Part shown: one piece after another, positions 36,290-45,980 of the stretch
Position numbering within the stretch: the first letter of the stretch is position 1
Layout: every line of letters begins with the position of its first letter
NCBI GenBank assembly: GCA_000997945.1
Contig: LCCP01000002.1
Span: forward strand, 14,284 to 78,283
DNA from: Parcubacteria group bacterium GW2011_GWC2_42_12
GTDB lineage: Bacteria > Patescibacteriota > Patescibacteriia > Patescibacteriales > GWC2-42-12
DNA length: 64,000 nucleotides
Direction of reading: 5' to 3'
Translations under genes and position numbers: made by a program
Notes under the pieces: model-generated
Seen by the model: only the letters and a program-made list of their open reading frames with translations
What the model was told of the DNA's origin: nothing
The model's database searches: none

Positions 36290-38539
36290 TTATTTTATAT
36301 ACCCGCATTCTTTATTAGAGCATTTAACTTCGCCTTTTTTCGCGTCTTCGATCAATAAGCTATCGCAATCCGGGCATTTTTCTCCGGTGGGTTTGCCCCA
36401 GAAAGCGGTTTTACAGTCCGGATATTGGTTGCAGGCGTAGAAGATGCCGCGGCGGCTGCGTTTTTGCACGATTTCGCCTTTCTGACAAACCGGGCAAGTA
36501 AGGCCGGTCGATTGACCTACGCCGTTAAGCCCTTTAATGTTTTTGCATTTAGGGTAAGCGGAGCAGGCCAGAAAGGGGCCGAACTTACCGATTTTTACGA
36601 TCATGGGCGCGCCGCATTTACCGCAAATCTCGGCTTTATATTTATCTTTAAGCCCAGCAATTTCTTTATTGTCTGGCTGGCCGTTTTTATCTCGATCAGT
36701 TCCGGGCAGGGACTTGATATTTTTACATTCGGGAAAAGCGCTGCAAGCCAAAAATTTACCGAAGCGGCCGGTTTTGATAATCATGGGCGCGCCGCATTTA
36801 TCGCAGATCTCGCTTGATTTTTCTTCCGGCACAATATCATTTTTATTAATGGATTCATATTTACTTTCCAGGTTGGCGTGGAATGGCTCATAAAATTCTT
36901 TAACGATTGGCTGCCACTTGACCGAACCCTCGGCGATAGCGTCCAGATCGTTTTCCATTTTAGCGGTGAATTCGTAATCCACGATTTTCGGGAAGTGCTC
37001 AACCAACAAGTCAATCACCACAAAAGCGATATCGGTCGGAGCCAGCCGTTTGTTTTCATCTCGTTCGACGTAATTTCGGTCAATAATCGTGTTGATGGTC
37101 GGCGCGTAAGTAGATGGGCGTCCGATGCCGTGCTTTTCCAGCTCTTTAACTAAGCCGGCGTCACTAAATCTCGCCGGCGGCTTGGTAAAATGCTGTTCGG
37201 GTTTTATTGCCAAAAGTTCCAGCTCTTCTTTTATTTTCATTTCCGGCAAGACGATTTCCTGGCTGGCCTCCGGGTAAATTTTCAGATAACCGTCAAATTC
37301 TATAATTTGGCCGTTGGCGCGGAATTGGTAATTAATTCCCCTAACCCCTTTTATCAAGGGGGAAGTGGCGACAGCGTCAATATCAACCACGGTGGCGTCT
37401 ATTATGGCCTCGGTCATTTGTGAGCCAATGGCTCTCTGCCAAATTAATTTATACAGTTTATTTTGGTTGGAGTTTAAATCGCCAGCAATGGAGTCTGGAG
37501 TGCGCGAGACTTCGCTTGGTCTGATAGCTTCATGCGCTTCTTGCGCGCCTTTAGCTTTAGTTTTAAAGCGGCGCGTTAAACTGTATTTCTCACCCAAATT
37601 AGTTTTTAAATATTCGGCCGCCTCGTTTAAAAATTTATCAGCCAGGTTGAGCGAGTCGGTTCTCATGTAAGTAATAAAGCCCATTTCGTAAAGCTGCTGC
37701 GCCACCAGCATAGTTTGTTTGGCCGAGAAGCCGAGCCAGCGGTTGGCGGTTTGCTGTAAACTGGAAGTGGTGAAGGGGTTGGGCGGCTGTTTTTTGGTTT
37801 GTTTTTTTTCTAAATCGGCTACCAAATATTTCGCGCCCTTAAGTTCAGTTAAAATTTTCTCCGCCTGCTCTTGGTTTTTAATTTCTAACTTAGCAATGGT
37901 CTGGCCATTAATTTTATTCAGTCGGGCTAAAAAGGGTAGCTTCTGGCCGTTTTGCAGATTGGCCTGAACCGACCAATACTCTTCTATATTAAATTTTTTA
38001 ATTTCTCGTTCTCGTTCAATAATTAAGCGCACCGCTACCGACTGCACGCGGCCGGCCGATAAGCCCTTAGCTACTTTTTTCCAGAGGAAAGGGGAGAGTT
38101 CGTAGCCAACCAAGCGGTCAAGAATTCTTCTGGCTTGCTGGGCGTCAACCAATTTCATGTCAATTTTTCTTGGCTGTTCTAGGGCTTCGGCAATCGCCGT
38201 TTTGGTTATTTCATGGAAAACAATGCGATTGGTATCTTTGGTCTTAACTTTTAGCGCTTCGGCCAGATGCCAGGCGATAGCTTCACCCTCTCGGTCTTGG
38301 TCGGTCGCCAGAATTATCTGGTCTGATTTTTTAGCCAAGTCCTGGAGTTTTTTTAAATTAACTTTAGCTTTTTTCGGCACCACATATTTCGGCTCAAAAT
38401 CATGTTTAATATCAATGCCCATTTTACTGACCGGCAGGTCGCGGACATGCCCGAAAGATGATTCAACTATAAAATCAGAACCTAAGAACTTAGTAATAGT
38501 TTTGGCTTTGGTTGGAGATTCGACGATAACGAGTTTCAT
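36290..38539 (-). CDS. topA: DNA topoisomerase I
   Basis: VIVESPTKAK, ATDQDREGE, SAGRVQS, ITYMRTDS, C-terminal zinc ribbons. Confidence 0.98.
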   Translation of the reverse strand: MKLVIVESPTKAKTITKFLGSDFIVESSFGHVRDLPVSKMGIDIKHDFEPKYVVPKKAKVNLKKLQDLAKKSDQIILATDQDREGEAIAWHLAEALKVKTKDTNRIVFHEITKTAIAEALEQPRKIDMKLVDAQQARRILDRLVGYELSPFLWKKVAKGLSAGRVQSVAVRLIIEREREIKKFNIEEYWSVQANLQNGQKLPFLARLNKINGQTIAKLEIKNQEQAEKILTELKGAKYLVADLEKKQTKKQPPNPFTTSSLQQTANRWLGFSAKQTMLVAQQLYEMGFITYMRTDSLNLADKFLNEAAEYLKTNLGEKYSLTRRFKTKAKGAQEAHEAIRPSEVSRTPDSIAGDLNSNQNKLYKLIWQRAIGSQMTEAIIDATVVDIDAVATSPLIKGVRGINYQFRANGQIIEFDGYLKIYPEASQEIVLPEMKIKEELELLAIKPEQHFTKPPARFSDAGLVKELEKHGIGRPSTYAPTINTIIDRNYVERDENKRLAPTDIAFVVIDLLVEHFPKIVDYEFTAKMENDLDAIAEGSVKWQPIVKEFYEPFHANLESKYESINKNDIVPEEKSSEICDKCGAPMIIKTGRFGKFLACSAFPECKNIKSLPGTDRDKNGQPDNKEIAGLKDKYKAEICGKCGAPMIVKIGKFGPFLACSAYPKCKNIKGLNGVGQSTGLTCPVCQKGEIVQKRSRRGIFYACNQYPDCKTAFWGKPTGEKCPDCDSLLIEDAKKGEVKCSNKECGYIK

Positions 38540-38547
38540 ATAGAAAA

Positions 38548-38643
38548 GTCATTGCGAGCGACCGTAGGGAGCGAAGCAATCTCACGCACGTCTTATATAA
38601 TTATTCGTGGGATTGCTTCGTCGCCGAAGCTCCTCGCAATGAC
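38548..38643. repeat. GTCATTGCGAG-family element
   Basis: Both arms with a short spacer. Confidence 0.85.
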
Positions 38644-38652
38644 AATAATAAT

Positions 38653-39744
38653 TTATCTTGCCAGCACATACTGCATGCCGCCCAGATTTTTTACTTGGCC
38701 TTTCATTTCCATAATAGTAAGTGTACTATTTATAATTGAAGCGTCAAGTTTTGTCAAACGAACCAGTTCGTCAACATGAACCGGTTCGTAATTTAATTTG
38801 TCTAAAATTAATCCTTCCTCGGCCGATTCAGGAATGATTTTTTTGTTTTCAGTATAGGCGACGGCATCGGTTAAATTGAGTGATTCAATTATGTCTTTGG
38901 CGCCGGAGACGAGTTTGGCGCCCAGTTTAATTAAACTGTTGGTGCCGGCCGAATAATCCGAATAAATATTGCCCGGGATAGCGAAAACATCGCGGTTTTG
39001 TTCTAAGGCGTGCATAGCGGTAATGATGGAGCCGGATTTTTCTCCGGCCTCGATTACCAGAGTGCCAAGCGATAAGCCGGAAATTAAACGATTGCGTTGG
39101 GGGAAGTGATGCCGGAGCGGCATGGTGCCAAGCGGATATTCGGATATGATGATGCCGCCATGAGCTTGAATTTTATCCGCCAGATAGCGGTTCTGCGACG
39201 GGTAAATGCTTTGTTGATCAAGTCCGCAGCCAAGAACCGCGATGGTGTTTCCGCCCGCGTCTACGGCCGCCAGATGCGCCAGAGTATCTATGCCTAAGGC
39301 CAGGCCGCTAACAATAGTTAAACCATTGGCGATTAATTCTCTAATTATTTTTTCCGTAACCTGCTGGCCGTAATGAGTAAATTTTCTTGTGCCGACGATG
39401 GCTAGCGCGAAGTCGCTAAAAGCTTCTAAATCGCCGCGATAGTAGATTAATAGGGGAGGATCATAAATTTGTTTTAAGAGTTTCGGATAAGCGGCATCAT
39501 CAATGGTTAAAATTTTAATTTTTTCTTTGTTTAAATTTTCCAGTAGCCGGTCTGGCTCAACTTGATGTTTAAAAATTGTAAATTCTTCAGCCGTCTTTTC
39601 ATCAATGCCGGCGCGGAGATATTCTTTAAACGGGGCTTTAAAAGCCGCGGCCATGTTCGGAAAATGCTTTTTTATTTTTTTTAACTTTACCGGGCCAAAT
39701 TTATAAAATTGGCTTAGGGCCAGCCAATATTTTAAATCCTCCAT
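38653..39744 (-). CDS. dprA: DNA-processing protein DprA
   Basis: AIVGTR, VSGLALGID, FPQRNRLISGLS, C-terminal wHTH. Confidence 0.96.
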   Translation of the reverse strand: MEDLKYWLALSQFYKFGPVKLKKIKKHFPNMAAAFKAPFKEYLRAGIDEKTAEEFTIFKHQVEPDRLLENLNKEKIKILTIDDAAYPKLLKQIYDPPLLIYYRGDLEAFSDFALAIVGTRKFTHYGQQVTEKIIRELIANGLTIVSGLALGIDTLAHLAAVDAGGNTIAVLGCGLDQQSIYPSQNRYLADKIQAHGGIIISEYPLGTMPLRHHFPQRNRLISGLSLGTLVIEAGEKSGSIITAMHALEQNRDVFAIPGNIYSDYSAGTNSLIKLGAKLVSGAKDIIESLNLTDAVAYTENKKIIPESAEEGLILDKLNYEPVHVDELVRLTKLDASIINSTLTIMEMKGQVKNLGGMQYVLAR

Positions 39745-39829
39745 AAATTTTTTTAGCTAATTTACTGAATTACTAGCTAGTTTTAGCGCGCGTTCGCCCT
39801 TGACAGAGAAAATTGGTTATGATAATATA

Positions 39830-40180
39830 CTATGACATTTAATTTTTTCCACTCTTAAGGGCGTGGGAACAAATAACGTTTAGCCCGCTACTTGCTTAAG
39901 GGCATAATTTAAAAATAGTTTTCCTCCTTAATTATTTTTTAAATTATCACATCCCTTCTAAGCAAGCAGCAGATTGCACGTCATTTTTCATAATAACATA
40001 TTTTAAGTTCGTAGAATAGTATTTTTGAGATAGTCTCCAGAATTCTGCCTAGGAGTGGCGAAGGTTAAACCTCCCTCCTGGTTTGGCCGACGTCTTAAAT
40101 CGGGTTCATCCCTGGCTTCTAGGCAGAATTTTGGATATTATAAAACGCCTCGCCGTTTTTAGGCCGCTGGCGTTTTTATT
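39830..40180 (+). ncRNA. Putative structured non-coding RNA region
   Basis: TTGACA (39800) promoter, two long hairpins (39888-39969, 40030-40141), terminator-like stem 40140-40180, no ORF of 60 aa or more. Confidence 0.35.
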
Positions 40181-40371
40181 ATTAACTTTATTATAGATTA
40201 TAGCTAAAAAGAGCCCAAGGATTTATCATGCCCCGCGGACAAGCTGAAACTTGCCATAATATATGATTGGAGTATAATAGTAATAGAGATTTTTAAGATA
40301 AGTGTTTTAAATTAAAAATTAAATAGTCTAAGTCGCGGTTTTTTAGCCGGCGGGAAAACCGACATTTTTAT

Positions 40372-40761
40372 ATGAATAAATCATTTGGTAAAATTAAAAT
40401 TTTATGCGTTGAAGATGATATGCTTTTAAGCAGTCTAATCGGTAAAAAATTAGGCGAGCTGGGCGCGGCTCTTTTTAGCGCCGATAACGGAGAAAGCGCC
40501 ATTGAAATCGCTCAACGCGAAAAGCCTGATGTTATGCTTTTAGATATTTTACTGCCGGGCATGGACGGCTTCGAAATCCTTAAAAAAATTAAAGCGGATG
40601 AAAGAACTAAGCGGATTAAAGTAATTGCGCTTTCTAATTTAAATCGAGATAGCGACATTGAAAAGGGTAAAAAGCTCGGCGCCGTTAGATTTCTTACTAA
40701 AGTATCGGTTGGTTTAAATGAAATTGTTAAAGAAATTAAGGCCGTTTTGGCGGAAAAATAA
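40372..40761 (+). CDS. Single-domain response regulator
   Basis: ILCVEDD, LLDILLPGMDG, LSN, conserved Lys. Confidence 0.9.
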   Translation: MNKSFGKIKILCVEDDMLLSSLIGKKLGELGAALFSADNGESAIEIAQREKPDVMLLDILLPGMDGFEILKKIKADERTKRIKVIALSNLNRDSDIEKGKKLGAVRFLTKVSVGLNEIVKEIKAVLAEK

Positions 40762-40819
40762 ATTAAGAAGTTTAGAAAATAACAGATAACAAGAAAGGTT
40801 TCAAAGTAAGCCTTTTTTG

Positions 40820-41080
40820 TTATTCTTGAATTTTTTTGTTCGCGTCAGCAATAAGCTCAAAGTCTCCCAAATTAATTTGACACGCTTTAACTTTTTTTTG
40901 GAAGTCGTCGTAAGTTAATAATTTTTGGGATTCTGCCTCATTTCCCCAGCTCATATAACGATAAACATTTTTGCCCAATAATTCATGATATAATCTGCAC
41001 CATTGTTCGGCCGTTTTTGGCGCCTTAAGATCAACTTTAATTTGTTCTATGTCTGGTTGGAACCCTTGTCCTTCTGGCAT
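40820..41080 (-). CDS. Hypothetical protein
   Basis: 86-aa ORF immediately downstream of pth. Confidence 0.55.
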   Translation of the reverse strand: MPEGQGFQPDIEQIKVDLKAPKTAEQWCRLYHELLGKNVYRYMSWGNEAESQKLLTYDDFQKKVKACQINLGDFELIADANKKIQE

Positions 41081-41109
41081 ATTTTTTGAATAATTATAAT
41101 TTGTATTGA

Positions 41110-41661
41110 TTAATTTTTAATTTCATTTAACGCAGTAGGCACGATAGTATCAATCATTTTTAATTCTTCATCATTGAATTTAATTAAAACGAATTTGTCC
41201 GCCGGAATATTTTCTAGCGTTGGCGTCTTGATGCCGATTCTAATACGTTTAAAGTTTTTGGTTTTGAGGTGGCTGATGATAGATTCAACGCCTCTGTGGC
41301 CGGCGCTCCTGGAGTCAATCGAAACTTTGAATTTGCCGAGTTCAATATCTAAATCATCATGGATAACCGTTAGAATTTCCGATAAGTCAGCGTTAGCGGT
41401 TTTAATTAGGCCAAGTTTTTTTGGCAATAATTTGTAATACGAAAGAACCGAGGCAACGGCCTGACCCGAGTTGTTCATGAAATCTTGTGGCTTAACTAAA
41501 ATGACCGAGTCATTTTTTGCTAGCTCGGCTTTGAATTTTTTATTATTCTCCCAATTTAAACCGAGCTTAATAGTTAAAGCATCAACCGCCATGAAGCCAA
41601 GATTGTGGCGAGTGTTTTTATATTGTTCGCCCGGGTTGCCCAGGCCGATGATAATGCGCAT
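41110..41661 (-). CDS. pth: Peptidyl-tRNA hydrolase
   Basis: GLGNPG...TRHNLGF, KP..FMN.SG, HDDLD, GHRG, RIRIGI. Confidence 0.96.
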   Translation of the reverse strand: MRIIIGLGNPGEQYKNTRHNLGFMAVDALTIKLGLNWENNKKFKAELAKNDSVILVKPQDFMNNSGQAVASVLSYYKLLPKKLGLIKTANADLSEILTVIHDDLDIELGKFKVSIDSRSAGHRGVESIISHLKTKNFKRIRIGIKTPTLENIPADKFVLIKFNDEELKMIDTIVPTALNEIKN

Positions 41662-41672
41662 AAAGTTTTATT

Positions 41673-41861
41673 GTCATTGCGAGCGACCGCAGGGAGCGCG
41701 GTCGTCGCTACGCGAGATCTGGCGTAGCCATGACAATCTCACGAATGGCAAAGAATAGTTATAATGTAATGGTAGCAGGATTTAGTGGAATATAGACATT
41801 CGTGAGATTGCTTCGTCTCCAGCCCCAGTTTAAGAAACTGGAGCTGGATCCTCGCAATGAC
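41673..41861. repeat. GTCATTGCGAG-family element with nested palindromes
   Basis: Arms plus GCTACGCGAGATCTGGCGTAGC and CCAGCCCCAGTTT..AAACTGGAGCTGG inserts. Confidence 0.85.
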
Positions 41862-41868
41862 ATGTGAA

Positions 41869-43302
41869 TTAATCTTGATGCAGTCCAGGCGTGCTTTTGT
41901 ATTTCGCGGTTTGCACGGTTAGGGGTGTACCGAGAAAACCGTAAGTTTCCCGTAGGCGGTTTTCAATAAAGCGCACATAAGAAGGATGCAGATCTTCTTG
42001 GGCGCCGATTTTTATTTCGAATTTGGGCGGGTTGATGCTCAATTGGGTAAAATCGCGGATGCGAGGATGCTTAACGCCCTTGCCTCTTATTGGACGGTGC
42101 ACTTTAACAATGCGCGAGAGGAAGTGGGCCAGCGTGGAGTCGCTTAAGGTTATTTTTTTCTGCTGATCAATTTGCAAAATTAAATCAAAGATTTTTTTTA
42201 CTTTTTCGCCGGTCTTGGCGGAAATAAATTGAATGGGCGCGAAGCGGGCGAAAGGCATTTTGCCATAAATGTAGTCAATATATTTTTTTGTGTCCCGTTC
42301 GGCGACTAAGTCCCATTTGTTGGCGATGAAGATAAAACTTTTTTTATGGTCAACGACTTCTGAAACTAGTCGAGCGTCTTGGTGGGTGAGCTCTTGGCTG
42401 ATGTCCATAACTAACAAAGCGATGTCGCTTTTTGATAAGGCGGACAAAGATTTGGCAATGCCGAATTTTTCCAGGCCGTAAGTTTTCGCGCCTTTGTGGC
42501 TGATGCCGGCAGTGTCAATTAATAATATGGGTTGGCCCGCATAAGTAATTTTTGTGTGCTGCGGTTCGCGGGTGGTGTGCGGCGTCGGGCTGACGATTAC
42601 CCGTTCATAGCCCAAGAGGGAATTAAGCAAACTGGATTTGCCGACATTCGGCTGGCCGATAATGCAAACTTTAATTAAGTTATCTACGACCGGTGGCGGC
42701 ATCTCTTGGTTTAAGTATTTTTTATTTTTGTCGCTTTTAATTTTTTTGAATTTAAGTTTTTTGGCGATTAGATCCAGTAAGTCGCCGGTGCCGGAGCCGT
42801 TGGCGGCCGAAACTAAAGCGGGCTCGCCAAAGGCCAATTTATAGAATTCGGAAATTTTTAGCCGATCCTTGGGCGCGTCAACTTTATTAACCGTTAAGAT
42901 AACTTTTTTCTGGTCAATATTTTTTTTAATTAAGAGCGCCAACTCTTTATCTTGGGGCATGAGTCCTGATTTATTATCCATTAAAAACAAAACTAAATCA
43001 GCTTGATTTAAATATTTAAAGGCTTGTTTTTGCACCTGGATTCCGACCGTGTCCGTTGGCTTGGCTTTATCGGCCAGATATTTAATATTAAGCATGCCGC
43101 CGGTGTCCACCAGGGTAAATTTACGGCCCAGCCAGGAAATTTCGCCGATATTACTATCCCGGGTGGTTTCTTCAATATCCGAAACCAGGGCCTGGCGCTT
43201 TTCAATTAGGCAATTAAATAAAGTAGATTTGCCGACATTAGTGCGGCCGAAGATAACGACGAGGGGGAGGGGTTTATTCTTTTTTTCGTTTGCATCTGCC
43301 AT
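41869..43302 (-). CDS. der: Ribosome biogenesis GTPase Der (EngA)
   Basis: Two GTPase domains: GRTNVGKS/DTGG/NKVD and GQPNVGKS/DTAG/NKWD. Confidence 0.96.
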   Translation of the reverse strand: MADANEKKNKPLPLVVIFGRTNVGKSTLFNCLIEKRQALVSDIEETTRDSNIGEISWLGRKFTLVDTGGMLNIKYLADKAKPTDTVGIQVQKQAFKYLNQADLVLFLMDNKSGLMPQDKELALLIKKNIDQKKVILTVNKVDAPKDRLKISEFYKLAFGEPALVSAANGSGTGDLLDLIAKKLKFKKIKSDKNKKYLNQEMPPPVVDNLIKVCIIGQPNVGKSSLLNSLLGYERVIVSPTPHTTREPQHTKITYAGQPILLIDTAGISHKGAKTYGLEKFGIAKSLSALSKSDIALLVMDISQELTHQDARLVSEVVDHKKSFIFIANKWDLVAERDTKKYIDYIYGKMPFARFAPIQFISAKTGEKVKKIFDLILQIDQQKKITLSDSTLAHFLSRIVKVHRPIRGKGVKHPRIRDFTQLSINPPKFEIKIGAQEDLHPSYVRFIENRLRETYGFLGTPLTVQTAKYKSTPGLHQD

Positions 43303-43320
43303 AAAACATAAAGGCTATTT

Positions 43321-43494
43321 GTCATTGCGAGCGACCGAAGGGAGCGCGGCAATCTCTGGTAAAAAAGTAATACTAATATTTAAGAAAAGGTGTTAATTAA
43401 TAAGATTAAATTTTGCTTTAAGAGTATTTGCCTTAATTTTGGCATAGTCTTTCTAACCAGAGATTGCTTCGTCGCTAGCGCTCCTCGCAATGAC
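43321..43494. repeat. GTCATTGCGAG-family element
   Basis: Both arms, GIY-YIG-remnant-type spacer. Confidence 0.85.
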
Positions 43495-43501
43495 ATTAAA
43501 T

Positions 43502-45019
43502 TTATTGTGCCGTGTTTTCTATTCCTGATTGCGTCTGATCAGCGTCCCGGCCGAGAATCAAGATGAAATCCGGTTGAATCGGTTTAGAGGTTGGTTCTTT
43601 GGCCATTTCTTTGGCCAAGTCATTAATCAGCCATTCGGGCATGCCCAAGGCGACATTGGCGTTGGTTTTATTTTTTAAAATCGTTAAGGCCTGAATCTTT
43701 TCGCCGTAAGTTAAATCGTAGATAACTGATTTTTGAAAATTTTGCTGGCCGGAATTGCCGATACGGATAATATTAAAGCCGTATTTTTCCAAATCCAAAG
43801 CCATTCTGTTGGCCAAGCCGTTTATCCAAGTGCCATTTCTGATTTCAATCGCGGCCGGTTCCTGCTTAACTTTTTCTCGATCGGTTAAGGGCGCGTCAGC
43901 GAAAATATTATTAACCAGATATTGTATTTCCGAAAAATCGCCGCTGGTTGGCGATAAGAGATAGGCGCCATCAGGTCCGACAGTATCAATTAAGAGCCCG
44001 CTTGGATTATTATCAAGCACGCGGCTCGTGATATTTTCGCTGGTTATATCTTTAGCCAGCCCCCATAATTTAACTATCTCCCAAATTTTTAAATTGGTGC
44101 TGTGATTGGCGTTAATATCGGAAATTATTTTGGCAATGGCGCTGGGTTTAAATAAAATATTAAGCGACATGACTTTGGCTTTAATTGCTTCCAAAACTTT
44201 TTGCTGCCGGTGCGAACGGGCGAAATCGGAGCCCTCTAATCCCGCGGCATGCCTGGAACGGACATATTTTAAAGCTAGGGCGCCATTCATAGTTTGTTCT
44301 CCTTTGTCAATATGCAAATACTCCCATCTTTGTTCCCAGGGAGCGTTTTCGCTGCCTAATACGGGGTATTTGTAATCGTCAAAAGTATTTTCCACCTTGA
44401 TTTTTATGCCGCCCAAGTCATCAATAATTTTTTCAAAACCGGCAAAATCCACGGTTAAATAGTAGTCAATCGGGATTTGAAAAATGTCGCTCACGGTTTG
44501 GCTGACCGCTAATCCGCCCGAACCAGGCAGTTTAGTTTCGGCGTAAGCGTTGACGCTATTAATCCTTTGCCAGCCCATATTTTCGATTGGTACGGCCAAA
44601 TCGCGGGGGATGGAGAGTAAAGATAATTTTTTTTCGCTTGGTTTCAGCCCGGCTAAAATTATAGTATCGGTTAAGAGGCCGCCGTCATGGTTTCTCCCGC
44701 CAATGCCTAAGAGCAGGATGTTTATTCGATCATTATTTTCGCCTTTTAATTTACTGTCGGCGCTTTCAACCAGGTGTTTAATTTGGCTGATAATCGGCAA
44801 ATTATAAAACCAGTTGGCTGATTTTTCGCCTGACGGCTTACCGAGGCCGAAGATTATATAAATTACCAAGAGAGAAATTAAAACAGAAGCCACTCGCTTA
44901 AATGGTTTGTTGGTTTTCCGCCGAGCCGGCCTGATTAACTCCTCTGGTTTAGCTTCAGGTCGATTAAGGTTGGGATTTAATAAATTAATTTCTTTATCCA
45001 CCCCGTTAGATATTTTCAT
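43502..45019 (-). CDS. LCP (LytR-CpsA-Psr) family protein with LytR_C domain
   Basis: NILLLG, TDTII, SIPRD, VRSRH, SDFARSHRQQ; IEIRNGT...GLA. Confidence 0.92.
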   Translation of the reverse strand: MKISNGVDKEINLLNPNLNRPEAKPEELIRPARRKTNKPFKRVASVLISLLVIYIIFGLGKPSGEKSANWFYNLPIISQIKHLVESADSKLKGENNDRINILLLGIGGRNHDGGLLTDTIILAGLKPSEKKLSLLSIPRDLAVPIENMGWQRINSVNAYAETKLPGSGGLAVSQTVSDIFQIPIDYYLTVDFAGFEKIIDDLGGIKIKVENTFDDYKYPVLGSENAPWEQRWEYLHIDKGEQTMNGALALKYVRSRHAAGLEGSDFARSHRQQKVLEAIKAKVMSLNILFKPSAIAKIISDINANHSTNLKIWEIVKLWGLAKDITSENITSRVLDNNPSGLLIDTVGPDGAYLLSPTSGDFSEIQYLVNNIFADAPLTDREKVKQEPAAIEIRNGTWINGLANRMALDLEKYGFNIIRIGNSGQQNFQKSVIYDLTYGEKIQALTILKNKTNANVALGMPEWLINDLAKEMAKEPTSKPIQPDFILILGRDADQTQSGIENTAQ

Positions 45020-45122
45020 GACTTTAATGATATTTATTTATCCCCGTCAGATAAATATCTAACGGGATCCATATTTACAATCTACAGCTTATTTTAAAAT
45101 TAGTCTAATTTTATATTAAATT

Positions 45123-45152
45123 TTGACATAAGTCAAGCTTTGTGGTATATAG
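45123..45152 (+). promoter_or_regulatory. Sigma70-type promoter
   Basis: TTGACA, spacer, TGG-TATATA, followed by a structured leader and strong SD AAGGAGG before ATG 45284. Confidence 0.6.
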
Positions 45153-45283
45153 AAATTAATATTGCTCTTTAAATTTTGGTCGAATTATCGCGGCTTTTAG
45201 GGAATTTAAAGTTAGTTCTCTGTAAATCCCGATAATTCAATCAATAAAACTCAAAAATAACAAAACCGGAAGGAGGAAGATCA

Positions 45284-45826
45284 ATGAATACACTGACAGC
45301 AACGAATGTTTTTCGACTTAGGTCGCCAGAGGAACCAGACATGCCTGGTTTAATCTTGCGTCGGCGGGTAGAGGGCATTAATCGAAGATGCCAACCCCAG
45401 AAAATCATCACCAGCAGGTTTAAGGCCGTGGCTGGCTATTTGTCGCTGGTTGACACCCTGCCTTTAAGTCGGGGAGCCGAAGCGGTGGAGCTACACTATT
45501 TTCATCCTCATGAACAGCTCTCCGATCTCGAACTTCAGCTTGCGTTATCGTCTGGCGGATTATCGTCTGATCCGCTAGCTCAACTCTGGGACAATATCAA
45601 TCACCCGGAGTTCTCTAAAGCCCACCCCAACGGCTTCCATTGGCCAGATAGCCGCGGGTGGCGTTTCATGGCTTTTTATTGGTCTGAAGAAAAGCCATGT
45701 GTGACGGTAGACCAGCATAATAATGACCAGGATTGGCTTAAATCGTTCTGGTTCGCTGGTGTTCTTCAACCAGTCTCATTGTTTCGGCCGTCATTGCTTT
45801 ACCGATTACTTCTTTTGCGCCACTAG
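45284..45826 (+). CDS. Hypothetical protein resembling CPR DGR-target (CLec-like) proteins
   Basis: Own promoter, SD and terminator; C-terminus HPNGFHW...FMAFYW...VTVD...DW...WFAGV (family resemblance from memory). Confidence 0.55.
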   Translation: MNTLTATNVFRLRSPEEPDMPGLILRRRVEGINRRCQPQKIITSRFKAVAGYLSLVDTLPLSRGAEAVELHYFHPHEQLSDLELQLALSSGGLSSDPLAQLWDNINHPEFSKAHPNGFHWPDSRGWRFMAFYWSEEKPCVTVDQHNNDQDWLKSFWFAGVLQPVSLFRPSLLYRLLLLRH

Positions 45827-45844
45827 GGCGCTCTTCATCTTCAC

Positions 45845-45876
45845 GCCTCGCGGACATTTCGCGGGGCTTCTTTTTA
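45845..45876 (+). terminator. Intrinsic terminator
   Basis: GCCTCGCG-gacattt-CGCGGGGC followed by TTCTTTTT. Confidence 0.7.
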
Positions 45877-45980
45877 TATAAAATCAGGCAAATTGTTTTT
45901 TTATATATAACTTGTTATAATATGAGTGGACAAAAGTCGGGCAATGTTCTAAGCTTATCAGATAATCAATAGTAATTTTT

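Noticed and set aside
40049-40123. tRNA gene inside hairpin 2
   Set aside because: Length and a T-arm-like motif fit, but the D and anticodon stems do not pair and there is no CCA; it also lacks the SRP GGAA domain
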